A DNA stretch of 64,000 nt from Balanoglossus misakiensis (taxonomy: Eukaryota > Animalia > Hemichordata), in contig CM082584.2 in the NCBI GenBank assembly GCA_040954595.2, forward strand, positions 9,629,061-9,693,060, in the 5' to 3' direction. This document shows positions 27,464 through 41,399 of the stretch, in pieces. Each line of letters starts with the position of its first letter. Position 1 is the stretch's first letter. Under the pieces are notes generated by a model. It was not told the DNA's origin. It saw only the letters and a program-made list of their open reading frames with translations, and did not search any database. The position numbers and the translations under genes are program-made.

Positions 27464-30400
27464 AACATGTGTTCCAATGTGTCTTATTTGTCTATATGTG
27501 TTCGCGTAAATATTCCATAGAATGTATCTGGGTCATCTACTTTTTTATGTGTGCGCTGTGCGTGTCTTTATCGTATTACATCAGAGCAGTTGAAATATGG
27601 TCCAACGTGACGTTCAAGCTTTGTTCGAAATTATGATAAACCTAAATATGTAGGTATTTAGGTCAAGGGATTAGTTACGGTCGCAAGCATTGGCTTCACT
27701 AAAAATAGATGATTGTCACGACTATTAACGCTTTTTGACGCCATTTTCACCGACTTTGGTCTTGAATTTCCCAAATTCTCGTGATAAAAGAGAGGCCTTG
27801 CATGAATGGGGTCAAGTGAAGCGTCGATCCAATTCTAGCAAGCGCGCTCTTCTCCCTCGTGCTTTTTTGTGAATTTGCCCTTAAAACAGATTTCTGCCCC
27901 CGCATGGAAATAACTCATCGTTAATCACCGCGTGCTGATTGCACATAGGTACTTGCAGCTTGAACGTAACGGTCAATTCCGTTCAAATCATTTTCGATGA
28001 TCACATCGGAAGGAAGTCCCCGCTGTAATTGTCTCTCGTGGCCTGAAGTAAAAGGAAAAATTACCAATTTCACGTGAACGTCTTGGTCGGGTTCATTATG
28101 CCACACTTATTTTTTTCCTTGGCGAAGGAGATGACTTCTCTCCCTGCTGATTGGTATCGGTACCCGCTGGACTTGGTATTTTATTGCAGTGGCTTTGTCA
28201 GTGACGTCACAATGGCCAGGGGTGGTATCCGACCGACGAAAATCAGGGTTCATAGTCAACGCGAAAACAATGCACGGTGTTTTCAGTTTGTAGTATTGGC
28301 GGACAACAAACACAATCAACCGTACATTATTAGATTCAATAATATAACTGTACTCTTTATACAAACAATTTATGAAACATGTTACGGCTGCCAATTCAGC
28401 TACTCCTGTCGAAACTTGTTTCGCGGGTTGCCCCGGTCAGGGAACTACATGTATGTAACCAGCAAAGTCACGTGACCGACTTTTTATTGCCGAAAAAAAC
28501 GAAGACAAAAAAATTGACTGTGGTGTAAACGCGCTCGGTAAGTTCCGTAACTAGGAAGCTGCGGTTTAGATTCGCCCTCGAAGTTCACGCTCGTAATCAT
28601 TTTTTAAAACTGACTTTTGTCGTTTTACGTTATCGTAACGGCTTTAGTAGTCCATTCAGCCTATTGTCTTCAGTTTACAAGATATATAGGCTTCTTGCGT
28701 TGGTTCCATTTTCAAACACTCAAATGTTAATGTAAATAAATAAATAAATAAATAACAGTGATTGCGATATATCGTTTTATGCATATTATTTAGAATCTGT
28801 CTATATAATAAAAATCTTCACGACATTGAAGATTTGCTGAGGGCTAAATGCAAAATAACGACTTGACCTGGAAAACTGTGCTGCATTACGAATACGAGTT
28901 AAAGTCGCGTGTGTCCGACCTTCCGCCTTGAACATGACAGATGAGGAATTACATGTAGATATATGGATCACGTGGGTTACATCAACACACCGTTCGGCCT
29001 ATCTGAGGCGACCTCATTATCTAATCGACCTATGAACTTCGTTTGCCTCGGTTTGTATAGAGCAGTCGCAACCCAAAGGCAAATTCAAGCCGTCGCGAAG
29101 CTGTAAAACGAATCTGTAAACTTTCCGTACGGTAGGCCGATGTGTGCGCGCGCAGCTATCGTTTGAAATATACCTATTACACAACATATTTAACTGTTCG
29201 CAGAGGACAGGTTGGCGTGTTCATTGGGGGGGGGGGGGGGCTGGTAGTTTTGATATGCCCTTGAGAGCTGAGGTCATTCCGGGCATCTTTGATTTAGGTC
29301 ATTCTGAAGTGTTGCATTTAACTTACCTCAATTAACGCAGAAACCTCTCCGTCCTGCATTAGCGGGAATCCATTAAAATAGGTCGATTTCGATAAGCCTC
29401 TTCATTTGCTTGATAATGGGGCGGAACCGCGAACTATGAACAAACATGAACTTATCGTCATTATATATCCCACTGGATTTTTTTCCCAAATGAAACAAAT
29501 ATATATAGTATCACTGTCAGTTCGCATTGATATATAAATGTACGGCATCAAGTCCGCAACTTTTTTAATGTTTCTACTCTACTCTCAGAGTTCCAACTTC
29601 ACATACGGTGCAAAGTACACGCAAGCTAGAAATATATGTGAACTTCTAGACAGTATCGCCCCACCTCCTTGTGGGAGGGGGTTCCTTAAATTTCCTCAAT
29701 TTTCGATTTTAAACAAGTCAAATCAAGTTGTTTTAGTGTACGTAATATGTTTTGATCTTATTACCTTTGTGTTGTACTGTCTGTTTTATGCGTGAAGAGC
29801 CACATGTTAATTTCTCTACGGAGATAATAAAGTATTCTGAATCTTCGTCGAAAAAAAGGTAACGACTATGTCGCTTTGAAGCAAAGAAGACTGTACCTTT
29901 GATGCAAAAGGGCAATAGCTTCGGATCCACTGTTGTCCAGAGGTAGTAAACACCTGAGACACCTGCGTGTAGTCTTTTGGCGGGAGGGTTCTTTCGGATA
30001 ATAATTTATGACTTGAATGTAGTTGTGTTTCCACTGCTGTTATTGTTTTGCCAAATGTACGTCTGCAAGTGTGATACACTGAAAGTAGAATTAAAAGGAT
30101 TTCAGTTATGATGTTCAAATTCCTCTGGCAGATGTTAGTGATTGACTCCGATAGGTCAGAAAAAAATACATGTCCTCTTTTTTATTCATCCACCCGGTTG
30201 TGTTAATGGAATAATCTCCTTTACATCCGTTAGCTTGCTCGACAAAAACATTTGTAACTCAAAGTGAAATTGGTCGACGATTAAAATTTCCACAGAATCG
30301 AAAATTCAAAAGAATAAAAAGCCTTCCCTTATTTGGTGATTCAAAATTTAGATTATTCCCAATAGCGTGCACGATGGCATGCTAATACGGGAACCATATT

Positions 30401-30939
30401 TCTCTAGAAATTTAAATTTGGAAACCGCCGGGAAAGGATGAGCTACCCGTACATGTTATAAAGTTGGAACAGCGAGTCAGTGTGGTGATAAAATGTGACA
30501 AACTTTTAACATAATTTTGGTTTCGTTTGATAGGCTATGAGTGTTGTTCAACAGATCATAGAGCGTAGAACAACATAAATGCCTAAATAAAAAGTATCTA
30601 ATCAAACTAATAATAACCAAAATAATGTCAAAGGTTAGCGGACGCAAACGGAATGCATGCAAAGACTAAAAATACAGGCGGGAAATATATAAAAAAAACT
30701 GTGGCATCAATATGAAGGACAGTATCACTTGTACTTTTGAAGAGATCCTCCCATCCCCTCCGCCTGTGAATCATATATTGCCAAACGCGCTGTTATTCAG
30801 ATGACAAATATAGCTCGGTATTGTTTGGAGCGGGTCGTATACAACAAATATGTATAAAGATAGTTTTAACTCCGTCGAAAGGGCGATGCACTGGCGATGC
30901 CAGTGCAAGGGAAGTCAATAGAATGATTCTGCCGCAGAA

Positions 30940-30949
30940 TGTGTGTCTA

Positions 30950-30982
<33 letters not shown>

Positions 30983-31017
30983 GTTTGTATGTATGTATGT
31001 ATGTATGTATGTATGTG
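30940..31017. repeat. (TG)n/(TGTA)n microsatellite
   Basis: Visible tandem units. Confidence 0.9.
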
Positions 31018-34000
31018 CGTATCCGGGTCTTCGAATAAATTGCTAACTGATGCCATTTGAATTAGAATAATCAATTAGATGACGTCATAAGTTGAAGTAA
31101 CTCACAGAAGTCATACAGATGTGTCAGAACAGGAAATCTGTAACATTAATTAATGTCACTGTCTTAGTCATGATGATGAATGTTAAGGGAGACTTCAATA
31201 TTACTGGGGAGGGGGTGAGAGGCAGGCATGTATTTTCTATAGTCCATGAATGACACTCGGGGCAGCCAGAGCGTGAACCAGTGTAGCCACGGTCAAGGGC
31301 AATTAAGTCTCTCGACTAATCTATCTGACCTTGTTATTTTAACCTTGACTGGCTGGATAGGGTCCGAATTCTTTCTTATGTGTGGTACGCAGACAAAGGG
31401 TTGCCTTATGGAAATTTTCATTTGAGTCGATGTTCGTATAGTGCCCGGATTACAACATATTTTCACTCACATGAACAAACACGAAACAAAACAGAAATCA
31501 AGTTCCGGGTGTTAGTCGTTAGTATGTTCTTATTAACTTTCGACGAAATTAGAATATTGTTCATTGTGAGAATATTATTTTCTATTTCAATCTGAATAGA
31601 TGTATAATTTGCAGTCAGTGTTCATTCACGCAAAAGTTAAATATGTAAAGTAAACCGACCCCCCCCCCCCCCCCATTAAAATACATGGCACGGGCATTGC
31701 TAACAAATCCTGTGCGTGGAATGCACGCCAAGTACTCGGCCTGTTGGCGTACAGCACATCGAAGCGAGATCACCTCGCCTGTACCCTTGTTGCGAAAAGG
31801 CGTACGTTGCCAACGTAACTTTCTTGAACAGACACTGCCGGCGAAGTTACAGAAGTGGCATCTGTTTTCCCAATCGTCAGATACTTTTCGCGGTACAAAT
31901 GTACGTCAATTCAACAACGGTGCTTGTTTTTACCAATCACGACAACATACAGGAACATGAATGCATTCCAGGAAAACAGTGATATCAAAAGTTTGCCCCT
32001 ACTCTGCTGAAATGTTTTCGTTTAAATTTAAAAAATAACAGGCGGCACACACTGATACATGTACCGGTATACACGTTAGCGTGTATGACGTCAAAATGGT
32101 TGTCAGCTGTGTCGAAGAACTCAATCTCATAATTCCCTCGAAATAACATGAGATCAGCAAGATGTCGACCACTTTCAATGCAAGGTGGTTAAATATGCAT
32201 AGGTGGCCGTATTTACTTAGTCGGATTAAGTTGTGATTTGAGTTGCGAATTGATCGGTATGAGATCACGAATCGCAATCGCGCGTACCATATGACGCCAT
32301 ATTCAAAAGGTAGTCAACGATTAGATGGTTAAATACTAGTATTTAGGTCATTCTAAGGTGGATTCGCAATGTATACATGTGACGGTCCAACATTGGGAAG
32401 TATAGCCTAATACGGAGAACATATGCCAGCATTTCCATGCGCATGGTTGAACAGCTACGGTAAAATTGTATCACCGTACGGCTGGCGCTTTGGGGTCAAA
32501 CTGTTGCGTGGGCCTGTGTGCTGTTGGTGCATAAGTGTTATCTCACCACGAGTTCGCCTTTGATAATGGTGATCTTTGACACGGACGCTTTTGCCGCTGC
32601 GTAGGGGACTGTCGACAAAACGTTAAAGGAAACTACTGACTTAAAGTTGGACAATCATGATGTAGGTCACTGAGAAAACTGAGATGGCTCGCTTCTGTAT
32701 GAATAAGACACCCAATCAGGTCCAATAATCAATATACAGGTGTCCGGAATGGGTTAAGCGCACCCTGCTAGCACGCTACGCCCATGACCCCAAGTGACAA
32801 ATTCAAGTGAAGTTCGGCTGTCACGCGGCGCCGATCATAGAATGGGTTGTTTCATAGACTGCCATATTGGTTGTTTCGGCAGTTGGCGACCTCCCTCCCA
32901 TGCATGAATAGTACAAGGGACCGAGGTATGACCTTCCGTGTGCATGGTGGTATCACCTGGTAGAGTAAATGGGTGACTATTACAGAACATTGCAGAAATA
33001 TAGTTATGTACTTTCTGCTGTCCAACTTTGCTTGTCTTGAAGTTGTTGTTGTTTGCATATTTTTAAAAGTATGAAACTGTTGGAAAATCTGTCATTCGAT
33101 CGAGGGCGATACCTGCGTCCCCCCTCTCTTAAGAGGGGGGGGGGGGGAGGCGCAGGGAGATCCCTCGAACGATGTATAAAACCATCATGATGGTTCGTGC
33201 ATCCCAAAAATATTTCATCGAGAAGCTTTGGAGAAAAATCGCCAAACTTAGGAATGTTTTGGCCAGTCTGTATTGCATATTATAAATTACACTGTCGGTC
33301 TTCAGGTTGCACAACCAGTCGTCATGCCGTGTGCAAAAGTGGCAAAATTATGCGCGAGGAACGCTGGGATCTCGCGCGACCTCATTTTTAGCGAACAGTA
33401 AAATCATGTAATTGTATTCAATAGTTGTATCATACTCTTTCCCCGGAAGTCCTACAGCCATATATGAAAGACTTTAATTTTAGTGTAGGGCGTGTAACGG
33501 CCATTATTCTTTCGTTTAGCATGTTTTCTAGACTATGCATCATCCGTGCATTCCCAAGGAAGTTGTTACAGAAAGCCACCAGGAGAACGGTGTGCTGCTT
33601 ACGTCATATAGTTTTCTCTCACGTGACCTCGCCCTTGGGCGCGGCAAAACCACCTTACACGGGGTCAGTTGCCACTGGGTGGATGGACAGTGGCAGACCA
33701 GTGGAACAATTCCAGCCATGATTGAAAGTCACAAATCACTGTGTAGTAACACTTTGTGATCACAACAAAGTGCCCCCCCCCCCCCATTTCATCAAAAGTC
33801 ATAGCCGCTTCCACGTGGCAACGCATGACATGTGTTGTGCATTCTATATGACCCTATTGCGTTTGGTTATCTACATCGCGTTATGGTTATATGGCTGACG
33901 TGTGCTAATTTGACCGTCCGGCGCATTAATAAAAACATAATCTTGGGTAAATCACTCCCCATTAACCTTGGTGGCAAAGTACCAGTCATGCTTATTTCCC

Positions 34001-37000
34001 TCGCTTATTCGGAACAGACTTTACATGTTCCTGTAGCTTGCTGTTGAGCTTGTTCATAATTAATTTCGATTGTTATTGAATTATCTATAGAATTTTTGTG
34101 GATGCCAAAGCAAATATTGACGGACGCTTGGAACAGCGGTGTATTACGCGAACGTAAAATCAATTTGACCTTATGTATGCGGCTGTATGGAGTTGCAAAG
34201 TGATACCAACCCCCAGCCGTAAATCTATAAAACTGGTAACGGACGCTCCGAATTTCCTTGTACCCACAACTTGAACAACAGGTGGAACTAACGGCCGTCA
34301 TGTGGTACCGTGTAATAAATTTACACAATAACCTACTTAAATAGGCATACATGTATGTATATATTAACGATACATTAAGACCGCGTTTCAACTGCTGCCA
34401 TTAACCTTCGCGGTTTTCCAAGATTTTTAATCCCGGCACCGCGGGGATTCCCAATTCCATGTGGAATTAAACATTTACCGAGTCTCCTAAGTGTGGAGAC
34501 GATTGTGTGTCTGATGTTGTACAAATTTCCGATTAAAAATACTAGATTAGCACGAAAAGTCCTATACTCCATTTTATCCACTGTAGACATATCTTGACTT
34601 GATTTTTTATTGCCAGTTCAGACAGGCTTTGCCATTCGCCCGATATCAATCTAAGACTTTTTTTGTGTGTGTGACAGCCCAATAGGAAACCTTTTACCAA
34701 CTCATTTTACGTTCAGGATCTGTCAGTGTGGGTGTATAAATGCGAGTAATGTATGCAAATCCTGCAACCAGCGGCTCCTTCCCATATCACATGTCTGTGT
34801 CCACTTTTCAATGTAATCGGTCGCTGCTTTGGATTGACCTAGTTACTATCGATCTAATAGTTTGAAATCTATTTTCTGTCAATATCGTTGACAACTCACG
34901 GTTGCAAACGAAAGATTGCTTGTCGATGCCCGTTTGGTGGTGCCATTTCGACCATCTATAATCCTCGCATTGTTTTCTGGCTGTATTTGGAGGAGGATTT
35001 TGGCCAGGGTGTTGTACTTTCTGGCAGTCCGTTGATTTGCTCCGAGTAGAATTCAATGTCTATATGTATCGATGCAATAAAACTTCCAGTGTGTGGTTGC
35101 TGGGTACGGTTGTCATTCATGATGCCAACGCATGACCTGACGCCCGCGCCAGAGCAGCGGACGGACAGAAGGCTACATGTGGTGGCTTTACAGCCTACAT
35201 GAGACAATCTGTGTGTTGGGGGAGGGGGTTGGGGCGATCTCGCCCGAAGTACCCGTGTATCGAAAAGATAAACACATGAAATGTCTTCCCTTTTCGGTCA
35301 CACAAAGTTCTCCGATTCACCGCCCCGTTCTAGTAGGTATGCGCCTTTCAGCTGGAGGCTAAAAGCAGAACCATCTGGTAGTGAATTAAACCGAAATTCA
35401 AATTTTGCAGAAAACAATGTTAACAGAGAGTGCAGACACGCTGCGTTGAAGTCGCTGTGCCGATACTTGTGTTGTCTACCGTCGTTCTCCGATACCCATC
35501 ATTCACTGAAATATTTCACGGCGATAGGTGTTAAAACAGTCAACTATTGCCCGCGATAATTGTGCTGGGATTCGGCAGAACACGATGAACACGACACCAC
35601 CGATGAGTGGGCAACCATACGGAACTGACCCTCCTATTGGACGAACAGGTAGCCTAAGCTCGCGCTGTGTGAGCCAATAGCTGCAGTCGCGAAATCCGCA
35701 AGCCACTTGGTTGTCGTTGGAACGACGGGTAAGCTTATTATAAGAGCACCGGGTCGTTTGATCGTCGTTATTTAAATTTTATCCGGGCCGTATGATTTTG
35801 ATTGGCCAGATCCCAATCTTTTTACAGGTGTGGGAATGCTGTAACCTATGAGGATCCTCATAGAAGTCTATAGCATTCCTTTCCACCCCGATATACACAC
35901 CAACACATATACATTGTATGATTCTTCCACAATGTTTCCTTTCTGAAAACCTTTCTGGTCGCATGAAATTTCGAAATCGTGAATATTTCCACTCTGGTTT
36001 TTGTTGGACAATTTCCTTGGACGATGCCATGCGTTGGCGTAAATCGCTTTCCCCACTTGCTCCTTGCAGTCGAATTTGAATGTGACTTCAGGTTCTTTCG
36101 CAGGTCGCGGGTAATATCGAGCGTACCATGTTCGTTCCAATTCCGCACCGATGGCTCAAGACAAGGCTTGAGTGTTTCTCTTGATTTGTTTCTGATGCTG
36201 TGAACGTTGCAGTAGGCGCCATCGCATAAGGCTGTCATGTGGTCGTGATCGATCGGGTCGCCGTACTTGTACTCAACTTGACACCGATTTTCAGCCAGAG
36301 TATATCAACTCAAGCGCCCGCTATTTTCTTTCATCGCGGATAAAAAACTGCTTCGTCTAATCCCCTTCACACGCGAGTTTTTGAACTTTTACAGAGAAAA
36401 AAACTATCGCCTGCTGTGTGTTGGCGACGCGTCTCTCGAGGTAAAAGGCTTTAAAAATTCGCAGCACAAAAAAGTATTGGCCGCATGATCGGAAGGTACC
36501 CGTCTCCTGTGTTTACATTTCAAGCGACCCATTTTTTTTTAGCTTCCGTGTGATACACTCTTGGGGTACCAATGGCATTCCTGAAGGCCTGACGTCATCG
36601 CTTGCGCTTTCAGAAAAGCGAGTTTCTTTTCGCGTTCAAGCGATTTGTTTTTGATCACGTACCTGCAGAAATATCCAGGACTATTCTTGAAATTTGATTA
36701 CTGTAAAAGGGACCGAGATCAAGCTTATGGAGATGCGGGTATACAGCGTTCTCGTGTCAAAGTACATGTACTTTTGTTACCGTTCTGGTGTCATTCACCC
36801 CCTCCCCTCCCCTCCCCTCCCCCGAAATACGCCGATTCATCGTTGGGAATAAACAATGTCACTTTTATGCAATTTGTACGGTTATGTTGTCTGACGGCTT
36901 TGAACACTGACACAGAAAAGGTCGGCATCCTATTTATAAACAACTTGTAGATGGACCCGATGTGTGGGTTGGTTACTGCATGGGCGGAAGGCGTTCACTA

Positions 37001-39369
37001 CACAAATAGTCCCCCCTCCCCTCAATCTATCGACCATGGGGCGAACCGATTGAGGAAACATGGCCCGATTGAAGGGCAGTGAGTGTGGGGACAGGAGTAA
37101 ATCCACCGCAACGATCCAGGGGTTAACGAACGTGGAAGCACTACTAGTTACCCCGTGCGAGTGATATTCCCCTGAATTTCTTGCCACTACAAATAGCATG
37201 AATTATGATGCTCAGTCGACTGTTTGTTATCGACGACGATGTTGTTAATAGGGGCGGTGTTCGATGTGCGGGGTTAAAGGTTATATACAGCAGAACAAAG
37301 AGAGCATGACAAGAAATTATATGGATCACACACCTGTCTCGCTATTACGAAAAAAAATGCCCTGTCATGTATCCATTACCATATCATAGATACCTTCAGT
37401 AAGATTAAACGGTTGAAAGCGTTTCAGCGCAGGAATGGGGGGGGGGGGGTACACATCTCACGGAATACTAGGCCCTCCCTGTCGTAATACATGAAGCCAG
37501 GCTTTATCAAGATCGTGGAATCTCTCTGTAATAAAGCTGCCATTCATCCATAATTTACACATCTCTTTCACTCAAGGGTTTAGGCCTACATACGTTTTTT
37601 TTCAACATTATATATGGCTTTAATATGCAAAGTCCCTGTTTGTGCAGTTTGATACCATTCCCGTTATCTACGCGTGCGTCATTTGTCCTAGCTGTTAGAT
37701 CAGAAAAAAATATCACGATAAAAAAAGTGTAACACGTGTTTAAAATCATACTGTCCCGTATTAAAAACCGGAAACATTTTCAACGCAAGTGTGCATGCCC
37801 TGAAATCGAAATTAATTACGGTCGGCCATCTCCAAAGTCGGTCGACGACCCCCTCGTCTATAGATCTAATTTGCATACGGCGAATACGTCATGCGTGCTC
37901 TAACGTGATGGAACAAGTACAAACACAGGGAGAGTCTGCTGTTGGCCTTGACCGAGCACCGGTTTGCTGATGTTGCCAGTCGATGCCTTGCTTGATAACC
38001 CCCCCCCCCTTTTTTTTTCAGCCCAGTCACGTGACACAGATGTCGAAACGACGGCGCCCAGTAGTTCCAAGCGCGCGTCCTTGGTTGCCAGCACGACCGC
38101 ATCACGTTACACTCGGTCATGTTCATTATTTTCTTTTAAATATAGACCTTTTTCTATAGATCCCTGTTTGTTTGAAATTATCGTTTTAACTTGCAGAGCA
38201 CCCAGCTCCGAGCCCAGAGGCTTCTATACGCGTAAATTCGAAATATGAATCGTAAAATTTCGCGGTCAGCTTTGAAGTTCGCGTCATTCATCACAAGTGT
38301 CGTGATGTTGAACTTAGGCTATGCACGTAAAACACTGACGGTAGTAATGTTTAAAAATCGTCCGTTATTGTGGTGGTCCTATACAAAGCCGTTAACAGAA
38401 ATTAAGCCATGGCAGCTGTCGGTGTCAATGCCCCCTTTGTTGTTTTTACTCAATTTCATTTAGTGTTCGCTTTAAAAAAAAAAGCAATTTCGTCCTTGTT
38501 TCTCGTCAGATATATATTACCCCCCCCCCCAGTACAAACTCTCGTGCAGCCACGCCCTATGCAACCGAACAATCGTAAAAATCCAGGGACAACCATCTGA
38601 CGACGGCCAATTTGAAATCAAATATGTCCTTTTGTAACAGATACTCAAACTGAAATAAAAAAGTTTAATTTTTTATCCACTATCGTTCAAAGTCAACTTA
38701 ACGAAAATATGTCCATAAAACGTAAATTGTCGTTCTTGCTCTTACCCTTATATATTTAATCCAGACAACTATATAAACGCTGAAATTGATAGTGATATTT
38801 TAGTTTGAAGTAGACAATATTGTTCGAACATGACCTTAGCCGCCAACTCGATAACATTGACGTTCAGTACCGATTTTTAATCTATGCAAATCAAAAGCAA
38901 TCTGACGACGCGGGAATATTTATTTTCAACTGTTGAAAGAAATTTACAAATAGGAGTTTAAGCGAATGATTTATCAGAATAATTGTTTTCGGCTTGAAAT
39001 GGTCGAAGTTCAAGGCCGTGGAGAGTGTTTCAGGCAATCCAGCCTTGGGTAAATATCATTTGAATTGTCATTGGTCGCAGCAATTGAATTATCCGAGATC
39101 AACAAAAGTATTTCAAACGATAGAGGGCTGCACACAGAAAAAGAAATATGCACAAATAGTAACGGAACATACCAAGTTAGATTTGTTTTGTCAACCCGGC
39201 GCTCAGAACCCAACCACGAGGTTACCATGGAAACATTATGGAACATATGGTATGTCGCAGGGTGTTTTTAGCGTGGGACATGGGCAAATCGACAACAATA
39301 ACTTGGCAGCGTACGCATGCCTGTTGCGGGCGACTAAAAGTCGTGAAAGTGAAACGAAAATTGTGCAGC

Positions 39370-39846
39370 AGACTTATTATGCAATTCCAAGACACGTTAC
39401 GAAAATTGTAATATTTGATAAGCCACCCTGTATATGTGACGCGAGACAGACGCTACGCATGCGCACATAATTACGTAACAGCCTTGGCAGAAAACAATCC
39501 TGATTAGCATAATGTGATAATGACAAGTCCACACGACTATCTGGGCGGGTACTGATGCGGAGCATGACCCTAAAAGTAAACTGCTGCGTCTCCTGTCTAC
39601 GTTCTCTCGTCTGTCCGCTCTGCAATCATCACTTCTCTATTTTTTTGGGTTTCGCCGTTGCAGAATTCTTTTCTTTTCTTTTTTCCGTTTCATTTCTTTT
39701 CTACTGATGAGAATCGCGCACACATGAACTCGTTCCCATCTGCGCCCTACGCACTTGTCTCGAAAACAACGGTAACTGTTCCCAAAGAAACAACATCCGT
39801 TGGATGTGGGAGAGATTCGACAAGAAGCGGTCGGCTTTACTGCCCG
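39370..39846 (+). promoter_or_regulatory. Putative promoter and non-coding exon 1 of NFIL3-like paralog A
   Basis: NRF1-like CGCATGCGCA 39456-39465, D-box ATTACGTAAC 39470-39479, GC box 39543, donor G|GTAAGA at 39847. It would splice to the strong acceptor (pyrimidine tract + CAG ending 43516) 24 nt before the ATG. Exon 1 is inferred. Confidence 0.45.
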
Positions 39847-41317
39847 GTAAGAAAGCGCCTTGTAACTTATCCCCGTGAGTATAAAAATCGAGTGTTTTAC
39901 GATTAATTGTTGTTGCAGATGCAATTTCAGTTTCGTTAAGTTAGCAGCTTGGCTTGGTTTCAGCAGATACGTCTGGGTTTTTTTTTTCTCTCGAGCTTTC
40001 CTCTATCAGTAGTATATGTGATGACTTGGAATGACGAGGCACCAAGGCAAGATATTTCATTTTATTAATATTTCATAATATTTTATAGCATTTTGAGTCT
40101 AAAGTTACCTAACTGGGCTCTGCTCCGTCTGTACCCACTGAAATGAGAGCATACCTCGCCCCGTACTCTTTATGATATAGGCATACACGAAGGGGCGCGT
40201 CAGTAGAATAAAAAAGTTGTGTTTTCTGACGAATATACACATTTTGTTGTCTTCAACGGCAGAGCTCGTTCGAATGGGCCAAGGCGACGCTTGGTAATTC
40301 TTGATGATCGTACCGTGACGGTATTGTTGTTCAGGTCGTACTGAGGTCGTTCACTTTTTGGAGTCCTCGACAATGAACGGTTCGCCGCGGGGACGGTCTC
40401 TTCCCTTCCCCTTCCCCGCGTTCGCTGAAGAGGAGCGCCGCCTGGAAAGTACAAAACTACCGTATACTATTCGCCCCCTTGTTTGTTGCCCAGATAGCGT
40501 GGGTTCGATTCCCTTTTTTTCGAACTGTGACGGTGGAAGAGGTGCGTATTTGTGCGTAAACTGATGTCAAGGTCGAAGTGTTATACGGCGCTTCCATATG
40601 GTCAATCATCGTGGCTCATCGTCACGCTCCGTCCGCTCTTTAAAATAAATTCAGACCACCAGTACACAAGCAAGCGTTTGTAATACATCCATTGTCTACA
40701 GCCCGTCAGTTTTCCAGTGTTTTTTCTACATTCAGCGACCGATGTACCCCCGCAGTATTGGGTCCTTAACGTGTCTTACGGATCACCACGTCACAATCAT
40801 GAGACTTATACCTCCAAAACTGCATAATAAATAGATTGTGAAAGTTTGCAAGACGATAGTGTTGTTGGGCGGGCTGTCGTAACGTATTGCCTATGTTGCT
40901 ACTCGCGGGGACAACTAACCACAATTTTGTCTGAAGTTGGCTGAATTGTTGCCTTTGTCGTAACCGTTGGCAACGCTTGTTATAATCGTATATTAACCAT
41001 GTGTAACACAGAGCAGACGAAATGAAGGGATAGCCAAAATCGAAATTTCGCACGCGTTGGTACGAAAAGGTAACCTTTAGATTTGTTGGGAAAACAATTT
41101 ACTGTACTTCAAGAGCATGAAGAGGTCACTCCACAGTCGTGCCCAGACAACGTGTTGTGATGTGCTACGTGTACTCCTGCACAGGGTGCAGAGAATGATG
41201 GGCGTATCTATAGCTGTGACGTCATCTTTGAACTTGATGTATTGGATATTTAGAGGATTAGGCTGTTTACTCAGAAAAGAGTCAGTTATTGCCAAAATAG
41301 TAGCAATTGTAGTAGTG

Positions 41318-41399
<82 letters not shown>
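41318..41399. repeat. Perfect (TGA)n microsatellite, ~27 units
   Basis: Visible tandem units. Confidence 0.95.

Noticed and set aside
35779-36238. Overlapping 83-126 aa minus-strand ORFs
   Set aside because: No recognisable domain, no convincing splice sites or codon bias
40490-40520. GGTTCGATTCCC B-box followed by a T-run, tRNA-like
   Set aside because: No A-box, acceptor stem or cloverleaf can be built upstream
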